Made by a program: the position numbers and the translations under genes
Notes under the pieces: generated by a model
What the model saw: only the letters and a program-made list of their open reading frames with translations
Told to the model about the DNA's origin: nothing
Databases searched by the model: none
Shown: positions 9,044 to 17,420 of the stretch, piece after piece
How positions within the stretch are numbered: the first letter of the stretch is position 1
Layout: each line of letters opens with the position of its first letter
DNA from: Elusimicrobiota bacterium
GTDB taxonomy: Bacteria > Elusimicrobiota > Elusimicrobia > Elusimicrobiales > UBA9959
Reading direction: 5' to 3'
Assembly (NCBI GenBank): GCA_037137395.1
Contig: JBAXKK010000020.1
Location: 1 to 35,273, forward strand
Length of the DNA stretch: 35,273 nucleotides

Positions 9044-9116
9044 GCCTACGCCTATGTTTCCCTTTGGCCCCATGCGGTTGGGTGTAATGTGCCATATACT
9101 CTATAAGCGAGTCCTC

Positions 9117-10358
9117 ATGACTAAAAATCTGAAAAAAATAAGCGGTTTTTTGTTTTTGATTCTGTGTTCATCAGGCGCCTTCGCCCTGGACCTTAATCAT
9201 CCGTTGCCCAACTGGATAGATTCCGCAAGGGAGCAGATCAATAAAAGTCAGCCTGCCGCCCCATCCCGCGCGGTCCCGCCCGGCGATTTCCGCATCCCCG
9301 CCGAATACGAACCGGTCGGAGCCGTTATCATAAGCTGGGCCGGCTACACCGATATGCTGACTTCCATAGCCAGAGCCGTGACCGGCCCGGGTAAAGCCCA
9401 GATCTGGGCGGTGGAGGCTCCTTCCTCGCTGCCGGGGGTTCCAGCGGCCAGCTATTCGCAGGTTAGCGCCCCGATAGATACCGTCTGGGTGCGCGACTAC
9501 GGACCCTTCGGACTTTCCGCCAATCAGACCAAGATCGGCATCGTGGACGCCCTTTACCGGCATCACCAGTACCGGCAGGATGACGACGCGTTCCCGGCCA
9601 ACCTGGGCAAGGCCAGAAAGATAGATGTTTTCGGCGTGCAGGTGGTATTGGACGGCGGCAATGTGATGGTGGATTCAGCCGGTAATCTGTTCATGACAAA
9701 CCGCACTTATATCTGGAATTCCGACATGAAGCATGATCAGATCGACGCGGCGCTGAAGCAGTACTTTAAGGTGAAAAATGTCTACACTTTTGAATACGCC
9801 GGCTATCCCGGAGCGCCGGCTGACGGAACCGGACATATCGATATGTTCATGAAGTTGTTGAATGATCACACCGTGCTATTCTCCGTGGCCGAGACCGAGC
9901 CCTTCAAGTCCAACACCGAGAAGGCGATGGCTTTTTTTAAGGATAAAATGGCTCCCGACGGACAGCCTTATAAAATTATTACCGTTAAAGGCTGGAACGA
10001 GTCCGGTACCTGGTATACTTACACCAACTCCCTTTTGGTAAATAAAATTGCGATACTGCCTTCTTACTCCGGCCACTCCAAAGAAGAGGCCGCCGCCAAA
10101 GCCGCCTACGAAGACGGAATTCCGGGCATAACGGTGATACCTGTGTCGTCGGATGCCAGTATAAGCTCCGGTGGTTCCATACATTGCGTTACGCAGACTA
10201 TCCCAGCGCTGGCCAAGGGTGTTCCGTTGCCCAGCGAGGTTTCCAGGCCCGGCGCGCAGGATTTTACCGATGTGGATCTGTCCTGGACGGGCGAAGTTTC
10301 ACAGATGCCCCGCTCGGAGGCTTTAGACCAGCTTAAGAATCAAATAAATTTAAAATAG
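9117..10358 (+). CDS. Secreted agmatine deiminase / peptidyl-arginine deiminase family protein
   Basis: RIPAEYE, WVRDYGP, DGGN, GHID and GGSIHCVTQ motifs; signal peptide MTKNLKKISGFLFLILCSSGAFA. Confidence 0.9.
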   Translation: MTKNLKKISGFLFLILCSSGAFALDLNHPLPNWIDSAREQINKSQPAAPSRAVPPGDFRIPAEYEPVGAVIISWAGYTDMLTSIARAVTGPGKAQIWAVEAPSSLPGVPAASYSQVSAPIDTVWVRDYGPFGLSANQTKIGIVDALYRHHQYRQDDDAFPANLGKARKIDVFGVQVVLDGGNVMVDSAGNLFMTNRTYIWNSDMKHDQIDAALKQYFKVKNVYTFEYAGYPGAPADGTGHIDMFMKLLNDHTVLFSVAETEPFKSNTEKAMAFFKDKMAPDGQPYKIITVKGWNESGTWYTYTNSLLVNKIAILPSYSGHSKEEAAAKAAYEDGIPGITVIPVSSDASISSGGSIHCVTQTIPALAKGVPLPSEVSRPGAQDFTDVDLSWTGEVSQMPRSEALDQLKNQINLK

Positions 10359-10383
10359 CCGCGGTTTATGCCGGTTTTAAATC

Positions 10384-10413
10384 CCCGTTCGCTTCAGTCG
10401 GAACGGGTTTTTT
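10384..10413 (+). terminator. Rho-independent terminator
   Basis: CCCGTTC...GAACGGG stem followed by TTTTTT. Confidence 0.7.
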
Positions 10414-10434
10414 ATTTTACACCGGTGATATTAT

Positions 10435-10662
10435 AAATCCTCCGCTAAGGTAAGCATAAAACTAAGACAGGCGTAATGTTGGAGCGGGTGACGGGGGATC
10501 TGGGTTAGCAAAACCCTCCGGAGCCTGAGGCTTGCGCAGCGACGAAGGCGAGGGCGGGAGTAGCGGCCACGGTGTGGCCGACTACGGTTTTGCGTTCCAG
10601 GCCCCCGGCAGGCCCTGCGAACCGAATAGTAAACAAAGTTGATTATGCTTTGCGGAGGATTT
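10435..10662. mobile_element. Family-2 structured repeat, full copy, bounded by terminal inverted repeats (MITE-like)
   Basis: AAATCCTCCGC 10435-10445 / GCGGAGGATTT 10652-10662 and AAGCATAA 10452-10459 / TTATGCTT 10643-10650; core 10474-10623 is homologous to the reverse complement of 16180-16330. Confidence 0.75.
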
Positions 10663-10730
10663 GGGCTATAAGGGGCTTTGATTTGGCCGGGCAATTTGCT
10701 ATAAATCTGGCTGATGGTTTGGAGGAAATT

Positions 10731-11264
10731 ATGAAAAAATCGGATATTTTTATTATTTGCGGAGCTATGTTTTTCCTTACGGGATGTCCTTATAGTTCGG
10801 ATATTCAGCTCGGCCGACCGTCGGTCAGGACTTTTGATAATGCTATTATCGGGAACTGGACAGGGTGTGACCTGAAAAATAAGTCTGATTGCGGACGCAT
10901 GGCGATCTATCGGTTCAATGAATCGGAATATTACGTCGAGGTTACCGATATCGAATATTCCGGCCCCAACCGGAATATCAACATCAAGACGGACCGATAC
11001 AGGGCTTTTATGACTGATATCGGCGTGGCGGGGCTTCTGGACGCGCAGGAGTTGAATATTTCAACCGCTACGCCCAATAAACATTTCTTCGTGAAAACAG
11101 AGATTCAGAAGGACAACACGCTTAAGTTGTCGTATATGTCCGATGAATTTGCCAAGACCAAGTTCTCCAACTCCGAAGAGCTCGCCGGGTATATCAGAAA
11201 AAACCATGCGGAGCCCGGGTTTTATGAATCTTTCCAGATTTTTGAGAGAGAAAAAACTAAATAA
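10731..11264 (+). CDS. Hypothetical lipoprotein
   Basis: GGAGG RBS before ATG 10731; lipobox FLTGC. The longer ORF from 10572 begins inside the repeat element. Confidence 0.8.
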   Translation: MKKSDIFIICGAMFFLTGCPYSSDIQLGRPSVRTFDNAIIGNWTGCDLKNKSDCGRMAIYRFNESEYYVEVTDIEYSGPNRNINIKTDRYRAFMTDIGVAGLLDAQELNISTATPNKHFFVKTEIQKDNTLKLSYMSDEFAKTKFSNSEELAGYIRKNHAEPGFYESFQIFEREKTK

Positions 11265-11272
11265 GGAAAAAA

Positions 11273-12118
11273 ATGATTGATATAAAGATCGGCGATGTCG
11301 TGCGAAACAAGACCTCTGACGCTTTCGGTGTGGTAGTGGATATAGAGCCGCCCAAAAACGCCGTAATTGCCGTGCATGGTCCCGATGTGACGCACCGGAT
11401 CAAATATGTGAACGCGGAACTATTGCCGCCGCCGGCTTTAAACAAGGACTTTAATTACGGCCGGTTCGTGAAGGATAGATTTGTCGGCATGATGGTTAAA
11501 ATAGAGGGCGATAAATATCTGGCGCTTTGCCCTGACGGCAAATGTTATCCAAAAGGTAAAAAATACGAAACCGGACACTGGTACAAGCTCGCCGAAATTA
11601 AAGAGGTCACCGAAGAAGAAAAGGAAGAGTTTTTATTCAAGCTGAGCGTACGCCATACTGAGGATGAGTATGTTAAGCGTTACGCGATGACTAAAGCTAA
11701 GTGGCGAGCGGCCGGGTTGGAGCCTGAGGTTAAGCGGTTTGAGGCTTTTTTCGACCGGATACTTTTGCGGATAGGCGGCAAGCCAGGGTTTAACTGGGGC
11801 GCGAGGCTGAGCACCGTGTTCGCTCCGGATCCTACCCTGAACCTGACAAAAAACACTCAAAAGGATATACAGGCGAACATGTTCTGCTTTTTCTCTCTCG
11901 GATTGGACGCGCGCACCGGGCAGAAGAATCTGTCCGTTTTTATAAAGGAATGGAAGTGGATACCTGAGGCTGCCCGCGTTCATTTTCCCAAGCAGGGCGA
12001 CGGCAGGTTCTATCCGCCGGGCCATTGCACCGTTCTATCCCTTGAAGCCCTGGATGACGCCGCGCTGCTGCAGCACGCTGATTCTCTGGCGCAAATATAT
12101 CTCTCGGCCGATAAATAA
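11273..12118 (+). CDS. Hypothetical protein with two N-terminal SH3/KOW-like modules; paralogue of 12874-13539
   Basis: 281 aa; AAGGA RBS; IKIGDVVRNK..FGVVVDI and VGMMVKIEGD modules; C-terminal region aligns by eye with 12874-13539. Confidence 0.75.
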   Translation: MIDIKIGDVVRNKTSDAFGVVVDIEPPKNAVIAVHGPDVTHRIKYVNAELLPPPALNKDFNYGRFVKDRFVGMMVKIEGDKYLALCPDGKCYPKGKKYETGHWYKLAEIKEVTEEEKEEFLFKLSVRHTEDEYVKRYAMTKAKWRAAGLEPEVKRFEAFFDRILLRIGGKPGFNWGARLSTVFAPDPTLNLTKNTQKDIQANMFCFFSLGLDARTGQKNLSVFIKEWKWIPEAARVHFPKQGDGRFYPPGHCTVLSLEALDDAALLQHADSLAQIYLSADK

Positions 12119-12131
12119 ACTTCTTTAGTGT

Positions 12132-12884
12132 ATGGATATACGGCTTTTTGACGCGCATAATCATCCCAGTAATTATTCCGGCCTTGCCAAAAGCGCGGAT
12201 GGCGGCGTGAAGGCTTGCCTTTGCAACGGCACCGGCCCGGAAGACTGGGAGAGCGTGCTGGCTCTGGCCGCGTCGCATAAAGGGATAATTCCGTGCTTCG
12301 GTTTGCATCCCTGGTCGTTAAATAAGGCAGGGGACGGCTGGCTTGAACTGCTTGAGGATTTTTTGACGCGCGCGCCCTCCTGCGTGGGCGAGATAGGCCT
12401 GGATTATTCTATTGATGCGGAGCCCGGCAGGCAGGAAGAGGCTTTCAGGGCCCAACTGCAGCTTGCTAAAAAGCTCAAGCGGCCGATTTCAATACATTGC
12501 GTGAGGGCCTGGGGCAGGCTTTTGGCCATCCTTAAGGAGGAGCAGCCGCCTGCTTTTATGCTGCACGCTTACGGAGGGCCGGCTGAAATGGTGAGCGGCC
12601 TGTCACGCCTTGGAGCTTATTTTTCTTTCAGCGGTGAGATGATGAATCCCCGGCGCGAAAAAATGCGCAGGGCCCTTTTGACCGCGCCGCCGAAAAGACT
12701 GCTGTTTGAGAGCGAATCCCCGGAGTCTGACGCTAAATTCCAAGACCTGACCCCGTCAGAGGGGTTGGCCGGGGTTATCCGCGCGGCGGCTCTGGCGCTG
12801 GGGCAGAGCTCTGAGTCGCTGGGCGAACAAAGCTGGCGCAACGCCAAGATATTCCTCGGTAAATATTTCCCCGCTAAACTATAA
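12132..12884 (+). CDS. tatD: TatD-family metal-dependent DNase/hydrolase
   Basis: DAHNH, GLHPW, VGEIGLD, SIHC and LHAY motifs; ESES in place of the usual ETD. Confidence 0.9.
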   Translation: MDIRLFDAHNHPSNYSGLAKSADGGVKACLCNGTGPEDWESVLALAASHKGIIPCFGLHPWSLNKAGDGWLELLEDFLTRAPSCVGEIGLDYSIDAEPGRQEEAFRAQLQLAKKLKRPISIHCVRAWGRLLAILKEEQPPAFMLHAYGGPAEMVSGLSRLGAYFSFSGEMMNPRREKMRRALLTAPPKRLLFESESPESDAKFQDLTPSEGLAGVIRAAALALGQSSESLGEQSWRNAKIFLGKYFPAKL

Positions 12885-13539
12885 CGTTTTTATAGATGGT
12901 CTTTATGCAGTCCAGATAAGCCTGGCGTTTCTCGGTCGTGAAATCTTTATAGCTTAGTTCCACGGCGCGGCCTGCGCCGAACATGGCGTGGTCTATCGGG
13001 AACAGCGCTTCGCTGCCCGGCGGCAGGAATTCCTTTTTTATCTCCATCCTAAGGCCGTAGCCGGCCAATAAATTAAGGCAATACACCCATTTCTGCGTTG
13101 CCGGGTTGTAGATCTTCAGCACCGGGCAGGGATTCGCCGCGGTGTTCGGCTTCATGTCCCAGGTCTTGCCGGGCTGGTCGCCAATAGCTGTCAATATTTC
13201 GGTCCAAAAGATAGTGAAGGCTTCGCCCGACTTCGGATATCTGAGGGCGATATGCCTGATGAATTTATCGCACGCCGAGCGTATGAGTTCCGGGTCAACT
13301 ATTCTGGCCGAAGCCGTTTTCTTACCCTCTTCGTCTTTTTTTAGTTGCTCTGTCAGAAGTTTGAGCGTTTCCGCTTCGACCGCGCCAGCCGGTTCGAGAT
13401 ATTGGGATTTAAAAGTCATCCTGTCGCCGGTTGCCGTGTGTACGGTTATATTGTCGCCAACGACTTTTATCACTACGCCGAGAGCCTTGTTGATTACGTT
13501 CCTGACCGGCGCGTATTGTCCAAATTTTTCAATTTCCAT
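12874..13539 (-). CDS. Hypothetical protein; paralogue of 11273-12118
   Basis: 221 aa; VRNVINKALGVVIKVVGDNITV module and FWTEILTAIGDQPGKTW; converges on tatD with an 11-bp overlap. Confidence 0.8.
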   Translation of the reverse strand: MEIEKFGQYAPVRNVINKALGVVIKVVGDNITVHTATGDRMTFKSQYLEPAGAVEAETLKLLTEQLKKDEEGKKTASARIVDPELIRSACDKFIRHIALRYPKSGEAFTIFWTEILTAIGDQPGKTWDMKPNTAANPCPVLKIYNPATQKWVYCLNLLAGYGLRMEIKKEFLPPGSEALFPIDHAMFGAGRAVELSYKDFTTEKRQAYLDCIKTIYKNVIV

Positions 13540-13717
13540 ATCCGCTTATCCCCTCTGTCCGACGCTAAACCCTTAACCTAGTGATATTATACGAAAAGTT
13601 TCCGGATTCCGAACGCGACAGTACGCTGTCGGGGTGGCGGGCTATACTATTTTATGTCATATAGAGTATCTGCCGTAGTCCGCTAGGCGTATGCTGCACT
13701 CTTTTAAGGAGGATTAT

Positions 13718-14386
13718 ATGTGTAAAGATATAATGGAGATGGAAAAAATTGAGAGGCCGAGGGAAAAATTGATGCGCTATGGTCCAGAGAAGCTCTCGGA
13801 CAATGAGCTGCTGGCCATACTTTTAAAGACCGGGACTAAGGAGCGCAATGTTATGGATATGGCGGGGGACATCCTGACAGAATTCAAAAGGGAGAATCTG
13901 ACAAACGCGGGCTTTGAAAATCTTAAGGGGCATTCCGGTCTGGGGCCGGTTAAGGCGTGCGAGATCATCGCGGCCTTTGAGCTGGGAAAGCGGTTTTTTA
14001 CGGGAAAAAAGACCAATATCTACCTGAAGCCCCGTGATGTGTGGGAAGAGCTGAGAGATATAAGGGATAATAAAAAGGAGCATTTTGTCACTTTCTATCT
14101 GGACACGCGAAATCAGGAGATAAAAAGGGACATAGTTTCTATCGGCACGCTCAACTATAATCTCGTGCATCCGCGCGAGGTTTTTGAGCCGGCCGTAAGG
14201 AACCTGGCCGCCGGCATAATCCTGGCGCACAATCATCCCTCTGGCTGCCTTGAGCCGTCCGATGAGGACTTGAGCCTTACCAAGCGCCTTGTGCAGGCCG
14301 GTAAACTGCTTGGTATAGAGGTGCTGGACCATGTGATAGTGACAAAGGAGGGGTTTGCCAGCTTCAAGCAGAAGAATTTGATGTGA
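13718..14386 (+). CDS. radC: RadC (UPF0758, JAB domain) protein
   Basis: ERPREKL, LSDNELLAILL, VHPREVF, AHNHPSG and LDHVIV; AGGAGG RBS before ATG 13718. Confidence 0.95.
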   Translation: MCKDIMEMEKIERPREKLMRYGPEKLSDNELLAILLKTGTKERNVMDMAGDILTEFKRENLTNAGFENLKGHSGLGPVKACEIIAAFELGKRFFTGKKTNIYLKPRDVWEELRDIRDNKKEHFVTFYLDTRNQEIKRDIVSIGTLNYNLVHPREVFEPAVRNLAAGIILAHNHPSGCLEPSDEDLSLTKRLVQAGKLLGIEVLDHVIVTKEGFASFKQKNLM

Positions 14387-14485
14387 GAACATCTGCCCTG
14401 CCGCGGTCTCCCAACGCTAAGGCGCGGGGGGGCGACTTATGAATGCTATAATTTTTCCAAGGATTTTACGGGTTAAGGAGACTGC

Positions 14486-14893
14486 ATGCTTTTTGATAAT
14501 ATGAGCGCGGAAATGGTTAAGGCGATGATTGAGCGTATCCCGGCTGAAGTTACGGTGATAGACGCCAATGATGAAGTGGTCGGCTGGAACAAGCACGAGA
14601 CAAGGCTGTTCAGGCGGCCTATGGAGTCCATGGGGATGAATTTCAGGCAATGCCATCCTGAGCGCAGTCTGGCCATGGTGGAAAAAATCATAGCGGAGAT
14701 GAAGGCCGGAACCAGGGAGAAGGTCCGATTCTGGATAGACCTTGAGGTGAAAAAGGGCGAGCCCAAGCACAAAATACTTATAGAATTCTACGCGCTGCGC
14801 GACGAGAGTAAAAAATATATCGGCTGCCTGGAGTTCACGCAGGATGTGGAGGATATAAGGCGGCTGGAAGGTCAGAAACGGCTGATGGATTAA
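14486..14893 (+). CDS. Stand-alone PAS-domain protein (DUF438/PAS_10-like)
   Basis: IPAEVTVIDANDEV, CHPERS and YIGCLEFTQD; AAGGAG RBS. Confidence 0.85.
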   Translation: MLFDNMSAEMVKAMIERIPAEVTVIDANDEVVGWNKHETRLFRRPMESMGMNFRQCHPERSLAMVEKIIAEMKAGTREKVRFWIDLEVKKGEPKHKILIEFYALRDESKKYIGCLEFTQDVEDIRRLEGQKRLMD

Positions 14894-14977
14894 TCAAAAA
14901 TCGCCTGGGCGATTTTTAAAGCGCGGCAGTGCGGCAGCAAGACAGTGCGGCAGGTGCTGCTGGTTAATACACTAAAT

Positions 14978-15007
14978 AAAAAAGCCGGGCAAAAGCCCGG
15001 CTTTTTT
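14978..15007. terminator. Bidirectional rho-independent terminator
   Basis: AAAAAAGCCGGGC-AAAA-GCCCGGCTTTTTT. Confidence 0.9.
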
Positions 15008-15020
15008 GCGTCAGGACTTT

Positions 15021-15662
15021 TTAATTTGTTTTGTAAAGTTCCGGCCAGATCGGAGTCAGCGAACTTGTGAACGATTCGGAGATCTCTCTCTTAGCCGAAG
15101 TTATATCAAAGCCTTCGTAAGACATCGAAGCTGACCACATTATGGAGCCGGTCTGCACGTCTACCATGCGGGAAACCAGCGAAACATTAGCGGTGGTGCT
15201 CAGGATCTGGGAGTTGGGCATGCCCAACACGGAGCCCTCGGAATAGACGGAGCCAGCGGCGACCTGTGTCACATTCGTCACAATAGCGTTGTCGGACCCG
15301 CTCACCAGGTAGCTTGCCGGGGGCGTGCTTTCTCCTACGGTGCCTACGAAAATGGCGTCCACGCCCAGGAGTTTACCCAACTGCTTTGCCGTGGCCGAGT
15401 CAAAAGATGTTGAAGATGAGAGCGATTGTTCTTTCATAACCGCGTCAAGGCGCTGGCGTTCTACCACATCGGCGCCGCGCATCATCAGGCTCTGGGTCAG
15501 CATATCCGCGGCCAGATCTCCTTTCGGGCCGTTAAAGGGCAGCACCGCCACGCGCTTGATGGCCGAAAAATTGGCGCGCGGATTTATGGCCACTTGCGGG
15601 GTTACGCAGGCGGTCAGCAGAGCCAGGGCGGGTAAAGCAAGAAGAAGTCGTATATTTTTCAT
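15021..15662 (-). CDS. CsgG/HfaB-like (TolB-N fold) lipoprotein
   Basis: Lipobox LLTAC; VAVLPF, VVERQRLDAVMKEQ, LGKLLGVDAI and RMVDVQTG motifs. Confidence 0.85.
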   Translation of the reverse strand: MKNIRLLLALPALALLTACVTPQVAINPRANFSAIKRVAVLPFNGPKGDLAADMLTQSLMMRGADVVERQRLDAVMKEQSLSSSTSFDSATAKQLGKLLGVDAIFVGTVGESTPPASYLVSGSDNAIVTNVTQVAAGSVYSEGSVLGMPNSQILSTTANVSLVSRMVDVQTGSIMWSASMSYEGFDITSAKREISESFTSSLTPIWPELYKTN

Positions 15663-15671
15663 CAGTTAGTC

Positions 15672-16088
15672 CTAACGGCTCCTGAGATGGTGCAGGTGTT
15701 TTAGCGCTTTTTCGCTCATCCACTGCTCGGTAGCGGTTTCAAGGCAGGCTTTCCAGGCGGCTATGGCTTTATCTTTAAGATCCTTTTTTTCGTAGATGAG
15801 GCCAAGCATATAATGGGCTATTGCTTTTTTGGGATCCAGGCGGACAGCGTTCTCAAAAGCGGTTTGGGCCTCGTCGGCCTTTTCAAGTTTGGCGTAGGTG
15901 AAGCCGAGCTTGATATATAATTCAACATTGGCGGGGTCCTGTTTTATCGCGCCATTCAGCGTCACCGCGTTATTTTCAAGCTCCTGCACGCTCAGGTGTT
16001 TGCCTGACCAGTGACCTTCGTCCGAATAAGCCCGCGCCACCGGCAGCGCCATTGCGGCTGAAAAAAACATTAACAGAAAATATTTCAT
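15672..16088 (-). CDS. Secreted TPR-repeat protein
   Basis: Signal peptide; TPR units LYIKLGFTYAKLEKADEAQTAFENAVRLDP and AHYMLGLIYEK; GAGGTG RBS before ATG 16088. Confidence 0.85.
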   Translation of the reverse strand: MKYFLLMFFSAAMALPVARAYSDEGHWSGKHLSVQELENNAVTLNGAIKQDPANVELYIKLGFTYAKLEKADEAQTAFENAVRLDPKKAIAHYMLGLIYEKKDLKDKAIAAWKACLETATEQWMSEKALKHLHHLRSR

Positions 16089-16179
16089 ACATCGCACCTC
16101 TCTTATCGTAAAAGCATATAAAATTTGACAGCGCTTTGATAGGTAACGTCAAGACTTCTGTGTAATCCCCCCAATGCAG

Positions 16180-16330
16180 GGTTCGCGGGGCCTGTCAGGG
16201 GCCCCGGAACGCGGAACCAGCGTCGCGCACACCGTGCGCGCGCTTCCGGACCTCGGTCTCGGCGCTACGCAAGCCTCGGCCTCCGGTACGGTTCCGCTTA
16301 TCCGGTTCCCCTGCCCCCCACTCCACCTTA
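16180..16330. repeat. Family-2 structured repeat, full copy, opposite orientation to 10474-10623
   Basis: Colinear over about 150 bp with the reverse complement of 10474-10623; stems are preserved by compensatory changes. Confidence 0.9.
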
Positions 16331-16434
16331 TATGCCAGGGGTTTATCCTTCCAAGTCATATTCCTCATAGCGCAGTGTTGACCGGATAAAGGTAATGTTT
16401 GTAATCTTGTTGCCGGAGCGGAAAAGGAGGAAAA

Positions 16435-16812
16435 ATGAAGTTCGCTTTTGCGCATAATAATTTCAACGTGCTGGACCTCGCAAAAAGCCTGAAGTTCTAC
16501 AAGGCCGCGCTGGGACTTTCCGAGACCAGGCGGATAAACGCCAAGGACGGCAGTTTTACACTGGTGTTCCTGGGTGACGGGGAAACTCCGCATAAACTGG
16601 AGCTTACCTGGCTTAAAGGCAGGAAGGGAAAATACGACCTGGGTGACAACGAATCCCACCTCGCTTTTATCACGGACGATTTCAAGGCCGCGCACGAGCT
16701 TCACAGAAAGATGAACTGCGTGTGCTATGTTAACGAGGCCATGGGAATTTACTTTATAGAGGATCCGGACGGTTACTGGATCGAGATCTTACCCAAACGG
16801 CAGAATCAATAG
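16435..16812 (+). CDS. gloA: VOC-family protein, lactoylglutathione lyase (glyoxalase I)-like
   Basis: HNNFNV, LELTW, HLAF and FIEDPDGYWIEI; AGGAGG RBS. Confidence 0.85.
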   Translation: MKFAFAHNNFNVLDLAKSLKFYKAALGLSETRRINAKDGSFTLVFLGDGETPHKLELTWLKGRKGKYDLGDNESHLAFITDDFKAAHELHRKMNCVCYVNEAMGIYFIEDPDGYWIEILPKRQNQ

Positions 16813-16820
16813 GAGAGAAT

Positions 16821-17420
16821 ATGCTTAAAATAACGGCATTTAACGGCAGCGCCCGCAAAGACGGGAATACGGCAATCCTTTTGAACGCGGCGCTGGCTGA
16901 ACTGAAAAAGCAGGGCTTTGAAACGGAACTGGTTCAACTGGCCGGCAAGCCGCTAAGGGGTTGCACGGCCTGCAACGGCTGTTCTAAGAACAAGGACAAA
17001 AAATGCGTTCTGCCCGACGATGGGTTGAACAGTTATGTGGCGAAGATGGAGGCCTCGGCCGGGATACTTATAGGTTCGCCCACTTATTTCGCGGATGTGA
17101 GCAGCGATACCAAGGCGCTTATAGACCGGGCGGGTTATGTAAGCATGGCTAACGGCGGACTTTTTAAGCGCAAAACCGGCGCCGCTGTGGTGGCGGTAAG
17201 GCGCGGCGGTGCCGTGCACGCCTTCGACACTATAAACCATTTCTTCACTATAAGCCAGATGATAATTCCAGGGTCCAATTACTGGAATATGGGAGTGGGG
17301 CGGGCTATAGGCGAAGTGGAAAACGACAAGGAAGGCATGATGACCATGAAGGTGCTTGGAGAGAATATGGCCTGGCTGCTTTCAAAACTGCACAGCCTGC
17401 CTGAAAGCAGTGGTAAGTAG
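16821..17420 (+). CDS. Iron-sulfur flavoprotein / NADPH-dependent FMN reductase family
   Basis: NGSARKDGNT, CTACNGC..C cluster motif, GSPTYF and RRGG. Confidence 0.9.
   Translation: MLKITAFNGSARKDGNTAILLNAALAELKKQGFETELVQLAGKPLRGCTACNGCSKNKDKKCVLPDDGLNSYVAKMEASAGILIGSPTYFADVSSDTKALIDRAGYVSMANGGLFKRKTGAAVVAVRRGGAVHAFDTINHFFTISQMIIPGSNYWNMGVGRAIGEVENDKEGMMTMKVLGENMAWLLSKLHSLPESSGK

Noticed and set aside
10431..10730. ORFs 10431-10694, 16174-16389 and 16195-16704, and the upstream extension of the lipoprotein from 10572
   Set aside because: They overlap the GC-rich family-2 repeats or are antisense to real genes; the variation between copies fits base pairing, not codons.
12132..12884. TatD as part of a QatABCD anti-phage system
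   Set aside because: No QueC-like gene or KAP-family ATPase nearby.
13596..13700. Riboswitch or leader RNA upstream of radC (small hairpins CGACAG/CTGTCG and GGCGGGCTA/TAGTCCGCT)
   Set aside because: Short single-copy stems with no recognisable aptamer and no covariation evidence.
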